Below, in pieces: positions 40,885 to 52,769 of a DNA stretch of 64,000 nucleotides. Made by a program: the position numbers and the translations under genes. The notes beneath the pieces were generated by a model. The model had not been told where the DNA came from. It made no database searches and saw only the letters and a program-made list of their open reading frames with translations. How positions within the stretch are numbered: position 1 is the first letter of the stretch; the number at the start of each line of letters is the position of its first letter. This DNA is from Lama guanicoe (lineage: Eukaryota), in the NCBI GenBank assembly GCA_013239625.1, contig MU053513.1:2840927-2904926 (forward strand). The letters run 5' to 3'.

Positions 40885-41300
40885 TCTTAGATCTGGGAAC
40901 AAGACATGAATGCTCACTGATATCATAATTATTTCATATTGTTCTGGAAATTCAATAGAGTAACTGAAGCCCAGAGGCAGGGCTGGGGGAGGTTTTAATA
41001 CTGGAATAAAGGAGAAAAAAAGTCATCATTTTTTTGCAAATGACATGATAATCTTCCTTACAAACACAGCAAACCAGAGAAAAATGATTAGAACTAAGAA
41101 TTATCAAATACTAATTAAAAAATGGTAGCCAGCTACAACATGGATATACAAAATTACTAACAGTACATCAACAAAAAGAGAACTAGAATTAAAAAAAATT
41201 CTAATATATAACAGCAATCAACATGCAAAATATCTAATGAAAAAACTGAATAAGAAATTTGTGAATGCTCTAAGAAAAACGAGCACCTTATATAAGAATT
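40885..41300 (+). mobile_element. Ancient L1 ORF2 (RT region) fragment
   Basis: GATCTGGGAACAAGACATGAATG...TTTCATATTGTTCTGGAA...TTTTTTGCAAATGACATGATAATC (FANDMI, from the FADDMI motif). Confidence 0.65.
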
Positions 41301-42869
41301 ATAAGTGGTTTTTAAGGAAAAGAAAACAGTTGAATTTCTACATCCAAGTCAAATGCTTGTTGAAATTTATTTCAAGTCTAAGATTTTGCAATCTGCTATC
41401 AGATAAGCAAAACCCTTTGAGTTATAAGAATTTGATATTAAGATTAAATACAATAGTTGTATCTGCTTGGGAGTCTCTTTTTCCTTTATTGCTATGGTAA
41501 TTAGAGTTTGAAATCCCTCTCCCGTTTGAATAATTATTTTTAAACTATTTTAAATCTTCTAGATATCATGGATTATTGACCCAGTAAATGAAATTACTAA
41601 GCCCACAATATTTTAATGCTTTAATGAAGTGGCTTTCTAAAATGCTCAGTCCCTGTGACCATGTAAAGCAAAGTAATTAGCTCACACTGAAAATTACCTC
41701 TCTTCCAGGACCCAAAACTGCAGAAACTAGACAAACAAAAGACTCCACTCAGGCTTAAGAAGACCAAGAGACAACAATAAACAAATAATTACTTGCAGGA
41801 TAAATGAACTAAAATGCTTTGTTGAAAACTATGGTGCCTGTTGGCCACAGTTTTAAGAGCAGATTTTAGACTTTCTTAGTGTCTTCTCCAAAATCTGGAT
41901 AACCAGATTTTAGAACTCTCCATGGGAACATTTTGATGAAGAGTAATTTGGGCATCTCAAAAGCAACGAATATTGTAGCAACCTTACATGAAAGCTGGCG
42001 GGGGTGGGGGGGAAGCCCATAATTGAAAACAGTTTCGTTGCCATGAAATGTGAAAGCATAGCCAATGCAAAATGTAAACAAATTTTAAATTTCTGCTTCA
42101 TTTACAAAACAGGTATATTGACAAGCCATGAGAGAATGGGCTTCCTTCTTACCTTAAAAGAAGGAAATCTGAACCTTGCCAGAGTCTTGGCTGCTTGCTG
42201 CAGCTGACACACAAACCCTCATCCCAGATGCCCTGCCTCACACCTGGGCTCACGTCTGTAGCTGCATATCTGAAGCACAGGGACTAATTTACAAGCTAAT
42301 GAATTAGGGATGACTATATTATTGACCAGCCTAACCATAAAAATAAATAAATAACCTTTTGGTACCATATAATTCATTTGATGGCAGCGTGAGGGGGCGT
42401 GGGGGAATGAGAGGGTGAAGCAGAGACAGGGAGCTGTGAAAAGTCAAATAGCTTTCCTAGTTTTAATTTTTATGAAAATGGTGTGTTTGTGTGTGTGTAA
42501 CTGCTGTACAAAAACAAGTGCTAATTTTAGGCAAAGAACAGGTAACATTTCAAAAAATAGGATTTGCTTCAAATGAATGTTTATTGCTTGTTAGAGGAGA
42601 CAAGGAGTTTATCATATCGTGGCTACATTATTTCTATATCTTTTGGTGCCAAAAGCATACATTTGCCCATAAGCCATATTTTCCAAAATGGGTTAAACAA
42701 TTAAGACGTCATTTAAAATAAAAGCTATTAATAAATACCAGGGCTTTGAAAGTTTAATGTATAAACATTTATATATAAACATATATATATAATTGCATGG
42801 AGTAATTTCAGTAATGTCAAGCTTCAACATTTCATCATATTCCACTTCCATCTCATCTGAAAGAACTTA

Positions 42870-42952
42870 CTATTTTTTTAACAGAGGCACTGGGGATTGA
42901 ACCCAGGACGTCCTGCAAGCATGCACTCTATCACTGAGCTATTTCCCTCCCC
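42870..42952 (-). mobile_element. Short tRNA-derived SINE (resembles camelid Vic-1)
   Basis: Minus strand GGGGAGGGAAATAGCTCAGTGATAGAGTGCATGCTTGCAGGACGTCCTGGGTTCAATCCCCAGTGCCTCTGTTAAAAAAA, with A box (TAGCTCAGTGA) and B box (GGTTCAATCCC). Perfect 17-18 bp TSD CTCATCTGAAAGAACTTA at 42852-42869 and 42953-42970. Confidence 0.9.
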
Positions 42953-45027
42953 CTCATCTGAAAGAACTTAAATTGTTTTAAGAAAATTATAATGGAATCA
43001 GTTTCTAGCAGCATAGTAGAATACAAATAGGCATTGGCTTTGTCATTAGACTTGCATTCAAATCTCTCTCTGCCGCTTTCTAGCTGTGTACTTTTGCACA
43101 GAATTCTCAACTCTTCTATTTCTTAACTTTTATAACTCATTTACTAGCTACCCATGAGCAACCTCTGTATTTGCCCCAAGGCAACCTGGAGTAAAATTCA
43201 ACACTACTACTCATCTGCCACAAAAGGAAAACCACAGAGCATAAGTGGGCAATGTAAATTTAGCTGAAGACGGCTTGGGGATACGGAAAAAGGCTCTCCC
43301 GTTCCAGATCTTCATTTCTTCCAAGCAACACACCCTAGACTCTGTATCTCTCCATCTCTTTAAGAAGCAGTATTCCAGGTTCCTCCAAGCTTGAATGCTC
43401 ACACCTATCACTCACCCAGTCCCCTAAAGACTTTCTAGTTACTAGAATCCACCCTTCTTAGAGGTGAGATGTATCAGTAACACATCATGTAATTAGTAAA
43501 CACAAGCACGCATACACACGTTTTCAAGGGGAAATAGGGCTTTTTTATTTCCTGCAGTGTATCATGTGAGGATTCCCTTCAGAACTTGAAAAATCATTCT
43601 GCTTGGGTTTTCCTCTTTGTTATTTCTCTTAGAAGATGTTAGTAAGAAACTTAAATATGTTTCAGAAGCATCATACACTTGTTACCTTTTTCTTCCTCCT
43701 ATATAAGTCCGCTTGGTAGAAAAATGCTACTTAGAAAACATCAGGAGGTAAAAATGTCAGACGCAGCTTAAGGACACACAGTGTGAAGGCTTCTGTGTGG
43801 GCTGGATCACATATGTGGCGTATGAATGGAGAATAAAATCATTCTTTCATCTCACGATGAGAATAATTTCTCAGATCTGAGTTCTCCCACTGCTCCACAG
43901 AGGAACTCTACGTTAACAATTGTGATCCATTCTTAAGACTGCACTGCAAGCTTCAAAAGACAACCAAGGCCGGGAAAATTCCACTAATGGTTATCTGTCT
44001 CCTCTGAGTGACATTAAGATAGTTCCAAATCAAACACAGCATTGAGCTTTCTTTCTTAGAAACAAAAGTATAGATTACACTAAATTTTTTTAAAGAAAAT
44101 TAATTTCAAAATAGATTTTCTGGCTAGGTGGTAGGAAGACTGTTCTCAAAAAAAAAAATAGTGCTATTTGTAGTCCTTCTTGGAAAACTTGTCAGGTTTT
44201 ATGTGTAGTATGGAACCACAGATGGCAGTAAAGTGTATAATGTATGCAAAGGGGAATGGTTCCAGGATGATATTTTTCCCTTGGAAAACTTTCTAATATT
44301 TCCACATTAATAATGGGTCATTATCTAGAAATTGAAGCTGCTAAGTCCAAACACCAGAGGACTTGTAGTTACGCTTTGAATGTGTTCTTACAATTATCCA
44401 TCTGCAAGTTAAATGCAGTGTAGTCTACAGCTTCCCAAGCTGAGTTTTGACTTTTATTTCTAGCCAGTTGACCTGTGCTCTGGTTTTTGACTGCAACATT
44501 ACGTTGATCCACAAAAATATCCTGGATGAATGAGATGACATTGCCACCAAACCCTGAGTTCCAACTCTCAAGCTGGAAGTCTAACCTCTAATTTACTCTA
44601 GTCCCAGGCTGATTAGACCCATTATTTAATGAAGTCTCTCAGTTGTCTGTCTATCATATTATTTGTATTCATGGAGAGAAAGTGATAAGCCAAAATGCTA
44701 ATTATCCATTTTTCTAAAATAAAATGTCCATGCTAAGAATAACAATGAGTTGTTAAAATAGCACTTTCCATCTGACATAATACATCTTAACAAGCTCTTT
44801 AAATCCAGGGATTTTTATTGCTGGACATCTTATCTAATAAAAAGGAAGATGTTTACTTTCTGTCTATTCAGGCTTTGTTAGCAGTGGGCATCGGCTTTTG
44901 AATTTGAATGCTGTTGAAAATAATGAGACCAGATGGGGAAATCCAGTCTTTAAAAACAGATCAAAAAAAACACTATGCTTAATATATTGATTCATATCAT
45001 CATTTGTCCAAGTACCTGGATCTAAAA

Positions 45028-45243
45028 TAGTGGGTCTCAACTGGAAATAATTTTGTCCCCTTGGTGACATTTGGAAATGTCTGGAGACACTTTTGGTTGT
45101 CACAGTTGGGGGGAGGTACTACTGGCATCTGGTGGGTAGAAGCCAAGGTTGCTGCTAAAGATCCTTCCATACACAGCAAAGGCCCCCACAACAAAGAATT
45201 ACTCAGTCCCAAATGTCACTCCTGCTGAGGTTGGGAAACTCAG
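45028..45243 (+). mobile_element. MER20 (hAT-Charlie), full length
   Basis: TAGTGGGTCTCAACTGG...GACATTTGGAAATGTCTGGAGACAC...TACTGGCATCTGGTGGGTAGAAGCCAAGG...GAGGTTGGGAAACTCAG. 8-bp TSD ATCTAAAA/ATCTAAAT. Confidence 0.92.
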
Positions 45244-47579
45244 ATCTAAATCAAGGAATCCTAATAAATGATTAGGTAATACGTCTAATGAAATTAGGCT
45301 ACATAAATGCTATGAATGTAATATTTTCTGTTCCAAGTTTTGATTTTTCACAAGAGTCTACCTTCTTGGAACAATCCTAGTTGTACCGAATGGAGGTCAG
45401 GCCCTAATTTCATAAGATCTCATAATTACATCTCAGTCTTGTGCTCGATTAAGTAGAAAACTTCCCTCTGATGAAAACTGAATGGAGAAAAATCTGTGCT
45501 GAGGGAGAAATAGCAAAGAATAAAAAGAAGGTAAATAAGAAGAGAGAGGGATGGTTGAGTCAAAGTGGGGAAAGTCAACTCCAATGTAATGGGTCAAACA
45601 CACATATATATATATAGGATATATATATATCCCTAATAGCTTTGCAATTTTTTTTATAAAGAATATTCAATCCTGCAAAAAGTTTTGTTGGCTAGTGAAT
45701 TTACCTTCTACCGAACATCCTCAGCATTACTTGCCCACGCAACCCACATTCTTTTAAATACAACCACCCAGCCAGAACAATCTCCAGCGCCCATCACAGG
45801 CTCACAACACACACTCACACTTGAGGCCTCTCACACACAGGGACTGCCTTAGTTCAAGAGCTGAAATAACTCACCACCACCACAATTTTATTAATCATTA
45901 AAAAATTAATAGATATTTTGATAACTGGAAGCAAAGTGATTTGGGGAACAAATAATGCATCACTTTGTTTTCTGTATGAAATTCTAGTATTAAACTCCCA
46001 AGGTAAAGTCCTAAGTTATTTTCTAATCAGAAAACAACTTACAGGCTCAACCTCTTCTAGTCTTTCTAGAGGAAAAGTCAAGAGAAAACAACAATTTATT
46101 TTCTAGACAGGTTTCTATTTCCTTGGCACAAAAACTCCTGGCACTAGAGAGCTGTGAGGAACACAGTGGTTTGGGGCTGGCAAGCTCTGAGCATGTCAGT
46201 TCCCAGCAGCCAGGCTCCTCCAAGGCCTGCCAAAGCCACAAAGCAACACTTAGTCCCTGAAGCCAAAAACCCTTGGGAGGGAAGCATCCTCCTCTGTGTA
46301 AAAGCTTAGTATATGCTCCATTAGCTAAAAGGTTGATTACGACTAGCAGAACCTTTAATAACTCTCAGCTAACAGTTGAAATTTGAAGGATACTAGTGCT
46401 ACAGAAGCATGGTAGTCAATAAAGTATCGATAATGTAGATGCCAGAGAGGGGCAGTCATCTCTATTAGTTAACACTAAATCCCTCTCATTGGCCCAGATT
46501 TAATTCAGTAAATTCCTCTCAAAAGTTAAAAGAAAAACCTTGGAAAATTAAAGATAATGATAGCTGCAGATACTGGGAGAAAGGATCATAAACATTTATT
46601 TATATGGAACACTTATCTAAAATTCATGTATACCCAATGAAGAAATATTTGTTAGAATATAAGCTAGCCCCACCGAGACAAAAAGAAACACAGAAATAAA
46701 AGTACCGTGGAACCAATATAAATAATAAATCATCCCTATAAATATACGAGCACAGGAAAATCTACCAAACCCATTAAAACAAGAATCATATGTATAACTG
46801 AGTTTGTATGTAAAGGCTGGATTAAAGGTCAAGGTGACACAATGATAAGAAATGGTAGCAGATCACCAATAGGGGAGAAAGCAAATACCCAGGTATGTTA
46901 AATTGTTGGCTATTATAAAAAATTTAATTTTATTCATTCTTAATAAATGGTGCCAGAAAGCTAGGCTGAGTGTATAAACAGTGTTATCTAAAAGCAGAAT
47001 ACTAAATCATCTAGAAAACAAACACACTGGGATGTTTGGCATTTGATCTCATTTTTCATTATTTTCTCAAAGTATAATCATTTTTTTTAATTTCCTCCCA
47101 AACAGATAAATTGTGTCCAACACAAAAATCTTCCAGAATAAAGTAATTAAAATGTGGCTGATGTGTGCCATACTTTCTTAATAGAAAACATTTTTTAAGA
47201 GGATAAATTAAAAGTGATCTCAAAGGTTAAATGTAATGAAGTGTGTCTAAGATACCCAGGTGCCAATTAAAAACATATTTGTGGTAATTAGCATTCAGAA
47301 TAAACACGGGGATCTCAAGCTCAGGAATCTACACCTCATACTCTCAAAAGGCATATAGGTCCATGAATGTAACTAAATCCAAACACAAACTACACGAAGC
47401 AAGACGATGCCCTCTGGCATTGTTTTGGAATGTCTCCTCAAGGAAACTGCTTTATTACTTCTTTTAACCCCCAGATCAATGAGGTTCCCACAGCATGTAG
47501 AGGAAACTCCAAACCTTTCATACGGTTTTAGGCACCCAGTCATAACCAGCCAGCAAATTTAATTTCCGTAAGTTTCTTG

Positions 47580-47980
47580 ACCAGGCCATGCTTTTGTCTC
47601 AGCATTAGGAATTGGAACATTCTGTTTCCTTTTTCCTGGAATACTTTGCCCTCCACTTCCCCTGCCTTTTTTTTTTTTTTTTCAGGTACCTTTTCATCTA
47701 TCATGCAGGACCCAGCTTAAATGTCAGTTTCTCAAAGAAGTCTCTCCCTGACCACCCACGTCCCCATCAGGCCCTTGCATAGCACACAGTATTGTACTCT
47801 CAGAGACATTATCATCATTGTAACTATGTACTTATTAATCCATTTACTCATTTATTGTTAGTCTCTCCCGTTAGACCCTAAGTTTCTCGAAGGAAGAAAG
47901 CAATCCATTTGCCACTGCATCAACAAAACTAACAAGCTACCTGCCCCAAAGCAGGTGTTAATAAATATTTTTGAATGCAT
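47580..47980 (+). mobile_element. L2 3' portion
   Basis: CCTGGAATACTTTGCCC...CAGCTTAAATGTCAGTTTCTCAAAGAAGTCTCTCCCTGACCACC...TTAGACCCTAAGTTTCTCGAAGG...AATAAATATTTTTGAATG. Confidence 0.75.
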
Positions 47981-48894
47981 AAAAGTAGATTCAGATGTAC
48001 TGTAAATATCACACTGCTTAAGAGACTTAGCTGCGATGTTTACTGATAGCGTGCTTTTAACACCATTACCCAACACCAATGTTAAATACGGGTTCTGCGT
48101 TACTTGCATAGCATCTTATATTTTTCAGAACATAAGTCTTAACATTTTTTAAGTGAAGTGAATTCTAAGGAATCTCCAAGAATGTAGAGTCCTCTGGTAT
48201 CATTGGGACATACAGTTTATCAGCTTCCTATTGAACTGGGAGATAATAAAATATAAAATATTCTCAGAGTAGTCAGTCCCTAAACCATACCAACAGGCAG
48301 ATCCCTAGCCAGGAACTCTGCTGGACACCGTCTCGATAAAGATATGTGAGGATTTAGCCCCTGAGTTCTTTCCTCTCCTGAACTTTTCAAAAATTGCTTT
48401 TTTTAACCTACATTTTACTTTAACATCCAAGAGGTCTAATACGAAATTTCAGATAAAGTACCACATTGAGTTAGAGGGATTGAATCTAAAACAGACTTGA
48501 ATTTACAATAAAAAAAGGTTATGATAGCTAGAGAAGCCAGGGTCACAGGATTTTTTTCTTTTCTTATTTAAGCAGGTCAGTTCAAATGGGTAAAACATGA
48601 AAATGGAAGAGAAGTTTGAAAGCAAGAAAAATAAAAAATAACAACAGAGTAGGATTATTCTTCGACATATATGACTATAAAATAACTTTTAACTTTCATG
48701 TTTAAGAAAAGAAAAAGGCAGATTTAACGTGTTACTGGAAAAGAGTACAAGGTGTAACTTTCAACTGCAATTTTAATGATTAATAATTAGACGTAAATTT
48801 TCTAAAAGCAAGGAAATTATTTTGTTCTTTGTAACTCTAGTATCCAAAATAGTGTCTGACGTCTAGTAGGCAATCAGTAAATATTTGTTAAATG

Positions 48895-49115
48895 AATAAT
48901 AACAATAATAGCGACTTCTATTAACACTTTGTCAAATATTGTGCTAAACAGCATAAATAATATACCAATTAACTATCACATCAACCTTAGGAGGAAGGTT
49001 TCTCATTACCATTTTATAAATGAGTTAACCACGATCCAAATAATTTCTCCAGGATCTGAGAGCAAAGCTAGCATTCACATCCAGGACTAGTTGACTAGAG
49101 CCTGCTTTCCTAAAC
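48895..49115 (-). mobile_element. MIR SINE, preceded by a + strand L2 tail at ~48820-48897
   Basis: AATAATAGCG...TGTGCTAAAC...CCATTTTATAAATGAG; upstream TAGTAGGCAATCAGTAAATATTTGTTAAATGAAT. Confidence 0.55.
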
Positions 49116-50534
49116 ACCTAAATATTCAACAGGATTTTTGGACATGCCAAGCTGTATAGAGGAGAAATGAAACCACGTTTAAAAGGACGTGCAGGAAGAA
49201 AAGATCAGAATGTAAGATGAACTATAGAACTGGAGAATGGGGCCTATTTCTGTGCAATCAGTTCACTGAAGCTGCAAGTTCAATGCGATAGGATATTATG
49301 GAGGTGGCGAGAGGCAGGATGAGGGTGAGAAAGGGAGTCTGGAAAAAATAGATAGCAAATAAATAAAGAGCTTATTCCTTTCCATAGTAACAACTATACC
49401 TCTAGCCGCAACACTGCCAGTGCTGTCAGGAGAAGCTCACAACAATGAGGCAGACCCTGTTTTTCAAAAGAGTAATAATGAAAAAATAAAGTCCTGTGGT
49501 GCTTTTCCTCTATCGGCCCTGCTTATAAATTCATAGCACAGCATGGAGGTTATTAAAATCCCATATGTGAGAACCACACACAGCACAAAGAGATATGAAT
49601 TGGCGTTCCATGGAGATAATGCTATCTAATGGGCAAAACAAGTGGTAGGGTTTCATTTTTATTCTGAGTACATTTGAAAAGGGCCCAGCATCCATCCACT
49701 GCACGTGGATAGCTGACCATCCAAAGGCCGTCTCTCCCCTCTCTTCCTATGGATTAATAAGTGGGATATAAAGGGTAGGGCTGTTATCTGCCCAAGTCTG
49801 GATCTTCCCGTGACATTTTTTCTTTGCTGGTAACTGTTTGAAATAAGAGTGGATTAAAAGCATCTCTGGTTGCCTTTGTACAGAAGGGAAGCAGAGCAAA
49901 CCTCCCCCTGCTCCCCGCAGAGCATCAGGCAGGCCCAGGAGTCCGAAGGAGCGCACTATATCACGTCCAGAGTACACCAGACACTCGCCTCAAGGCCCAG
50001 CACAAGCTGGCTCACACCTCATTATTTTCAAGTTCATTTGTCCACAGGCTTGTTTGGTCAGAAAAGGATGCTGCATATCTTATTAAGGGAAACCAAATAG
50101 GACTAATAGTAGCAAATGCTATTCTATATGCTCTGGCAATGAGAGTGGAAGGCATCATGTTAGCTCAGAAAGCCAATTTTAAGAATATCCTATCACGTTA
50201 ATCAACAGAAAATCTTGTATCTGAAATTTCCTAAGTAACTTAGTGCTAGACAAACTAATAGCTTCATTTTTAATTCATTTACTTCGAAATCCAATCTTCA
50301 AAAGCAGGTAAATTCATGGCTGTAAGCACCTGGACCAGGGTATGGGCAGAAAATACTAAGGAGCCAAGAAGTTTAAAATTCAGCTAGAATATAAAGTAAT
50401 TTTTTAGTCTTTCCAAATAACCAAAGTCCAAAAGGCATCTAACAGAATCTAAACCCAAAATCTGAAATGTATGGTAAAAGGTATAACCAAGATAGGAAAT
50501 TAACTAAAATGTGAAGGATTTCTGAGTTGGAACA

Positions 50535-50900
50535 TCATTCATTCATTCAGCAACTACTCAGTGAGCATCTGTACTGTTCCACGCCCTGGGGGAGTCCACA
50601 GGGAGATGAGAGGCACAGTCCCTGCCCTTGTGAAGCTCACATTTTGTGCTGAGAGGGAAGGTAGAAGAACATCTGCAGCCCTAGAGTTATCTCAGTTAAG
50701 AAAAAACTAAATGGCTTGGCTCTTGACCTAAATTTTCCTCAAGGAAACATCGAGCTCCAATGTAAAAACTCATTACTGATTTGATGGTTTGTAATGAGGA
50801 GCAACAAACTTGGGAGCTATGGTGAGATAAGCCTGGGAAGTAGAAGACCAGAAAACCCCCACCTAAGAGCAAGAAGAATGCAGCAAGGTGAAAGGCCATG
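50535..50900 (-). mobile_element. L2 fragment
   Basis: CATTCATTCATTCAGCAACTACTCAGTGAGCATCTG...CACAGTCCCTGCCCTTGTGAAGCTCACATT. Confidence 0.65.
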
Positions 50901-51479
50901 CTGGGAAGAGCTTGAGGCTAAAATGGGTTCTAGTGTGGAAGAGTGAAAATGCTGGCTCCTCTAAGTGGGAGCATCCTTAAATGAAACTTTGATATCAAGC
51001 CTCTTAGATCTCTTAAAAACCTCTGCTAACTTACGTCAACCATCTAACTACCACAACTGAAAAGATGAGATGTTACTGGGCTGGTCATTTAGGATAAGAC
51101 CCCCCTCTTTCAAGAATCCTTTACACAGGGGTTATGGATACTCTGTCAGTGGGTATCTGGAGATAACATAGACAAAACAGGAACGAATAAAATCTCAAGG
51201 GTAGCATTGAGGAGGCCTGGGTTCTAGGTTCATCTCTAACACCAATAGTTACGAGATTATTATTAGGCAAATCACTTTATCTTTCTATATTACCTTAGAT
51301 CCCACTTGCAGACAATAGCCCCTCCCTATCCAAACTAAGGGTTATTAGGAGAAAAAAGCAAAATAGATTTTAAGAAACAAGGAAAAAATATATTTGGAAA
51401 ACTCATGCCTCATTTTCAAAATTCAGTTAAGCCTGGTTTAGCCTCTTGGCTGAGAGTAATTAAAAAAAATAACATCTAC

Positions 51480-51700
51480 AATAATGGTAATTGTTCTAAC
51501 TTACTGAGAGCTTAATACACGTACCGGCACACATCTCATTTAATCCTTAAAATAACCCTGTGAGGTTCCTATGATTATTGCCCACATATTACAAATGAGG
51601 AAGCTGAGGCCCTGAGAAGTTAAATGTTTTGTGAAAATTCAGATATCTGGTAAACCAAACTCAGATTCATCTGATTCTCAAGCCCATGAGTTAAATCACT
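51480..51700 (-). mobile_element. MIR SINE
   Basis: TTACTGAGAGCTT...TCTCATTTAATCCTTAAAATAACCCTGTGAGGT...TTACAAATGAGGAAGCTGAGGCCCTGAGAAGTTAAAT. Confidence 0.8.
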
Positions 51701-52274
51701 AAGTTATTGTGGTTCTTACTCATCTCTCAAGATTCACTTCAATTCAAATCAGCATAATTCAGTCCAATTAAATCCACACACATTTAAAAAAAATACACAA
51801 GTTTTCAGAGTCCAGTAAGCTAACACACTTGCAGAAAATGACTTACACATACCCTTGCTGTAAGTTCCCAACTTACTTAGCCATGAGTTCTTATGCAGTG
51901 GGAGCTGGGTGACTGCACAGGGAACAGACTGACGTCACATGTCTTAGCACTCACCGTTTGGGTCCCCAGCACAGTGCTAAGCTGCTCTTGACACTCTCCA
52001 GGGTTGTAGAATCCCTCCAGAGTTAAGAAAATAAATTCTTCTCTTCTTATTCTTAACACTTAATTTATGCAGCTCTATTTAAGCTTCTAGTTCATGAGCC
52101 AACCTTGTCAACAGTATAAGCTCATCCTCATCCATAGAGAGAAAACAGTCAGTTCCCAAAATAACTATGCCTCCAGCTTTCAGGAAATCCTGTCTTCCTG
52201 ATTGCTCAGTATAGTTCTAGGTATTAAAAGAATTTAAAACAAATGTTAAAAATCATCCAATCCCTCAAAGTAAT

Positions 52275-52510
52275 TATAGTAACAATCACAAATATTTATA
52301 GAGAACTTACTTTTGTGTCAGTCACTGTTTTAAGTAATTATTGACTCATTTAATTTTCAAAACAGCACTATGGCATGGGCATTATTATTACCTTGATTTT
52401 ATAGTGAAGAAATGAAGACACAGAGAATTTAAGTGATTTGCCCAAGTGTCAAGCTGAGATTTAAACCAAGTAGTCTGTCTCCAGGGCTGTGTTTTTAACT
52501 GCTACATCAT
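52275..52510 (-). mobile_element. MIR SINE
   Basis: ACTCATTTAATTTTCAAAACAGCACTATG...TGAAGAAATGAAGACACAGAGAATTTAAGTGATTTGCCCAAG...GATTTAAACCAAG. Confidence 0.8.
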
Positions 52511-52769
52511 GCTGCCCCACATTACATGCCCTACATGATGAGGGAGGAAAAAGAGCTGAGACAACTAAATAATACCATTAACTGGTATGTTTATTTCCAT
52601 AATAAATAATAGATGAGAATGCTAATGGAGTTTAAAAGTTAGACTCTATCAGATGGAGGAAGGTTCATGAAGCATATAGAACTAGAACCCAAGAAATTCC
52701 ATTTGTAATGTTTGCCCACCTTCTTCACCCAGAAACTACTTCTGCATTTTTTATCTTGAGGTTTTTTTG

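Noticed and set aside
42870..42952. tRNA gene
   Set aside because: A tail and long TSD indicate a retroposed SINE; no proper acceptor stem seen.
45617..45632. Perfect palindrome GGATATATATATATCC
   Set aside because: Trivial consequence of an (AT)n microsatellite.
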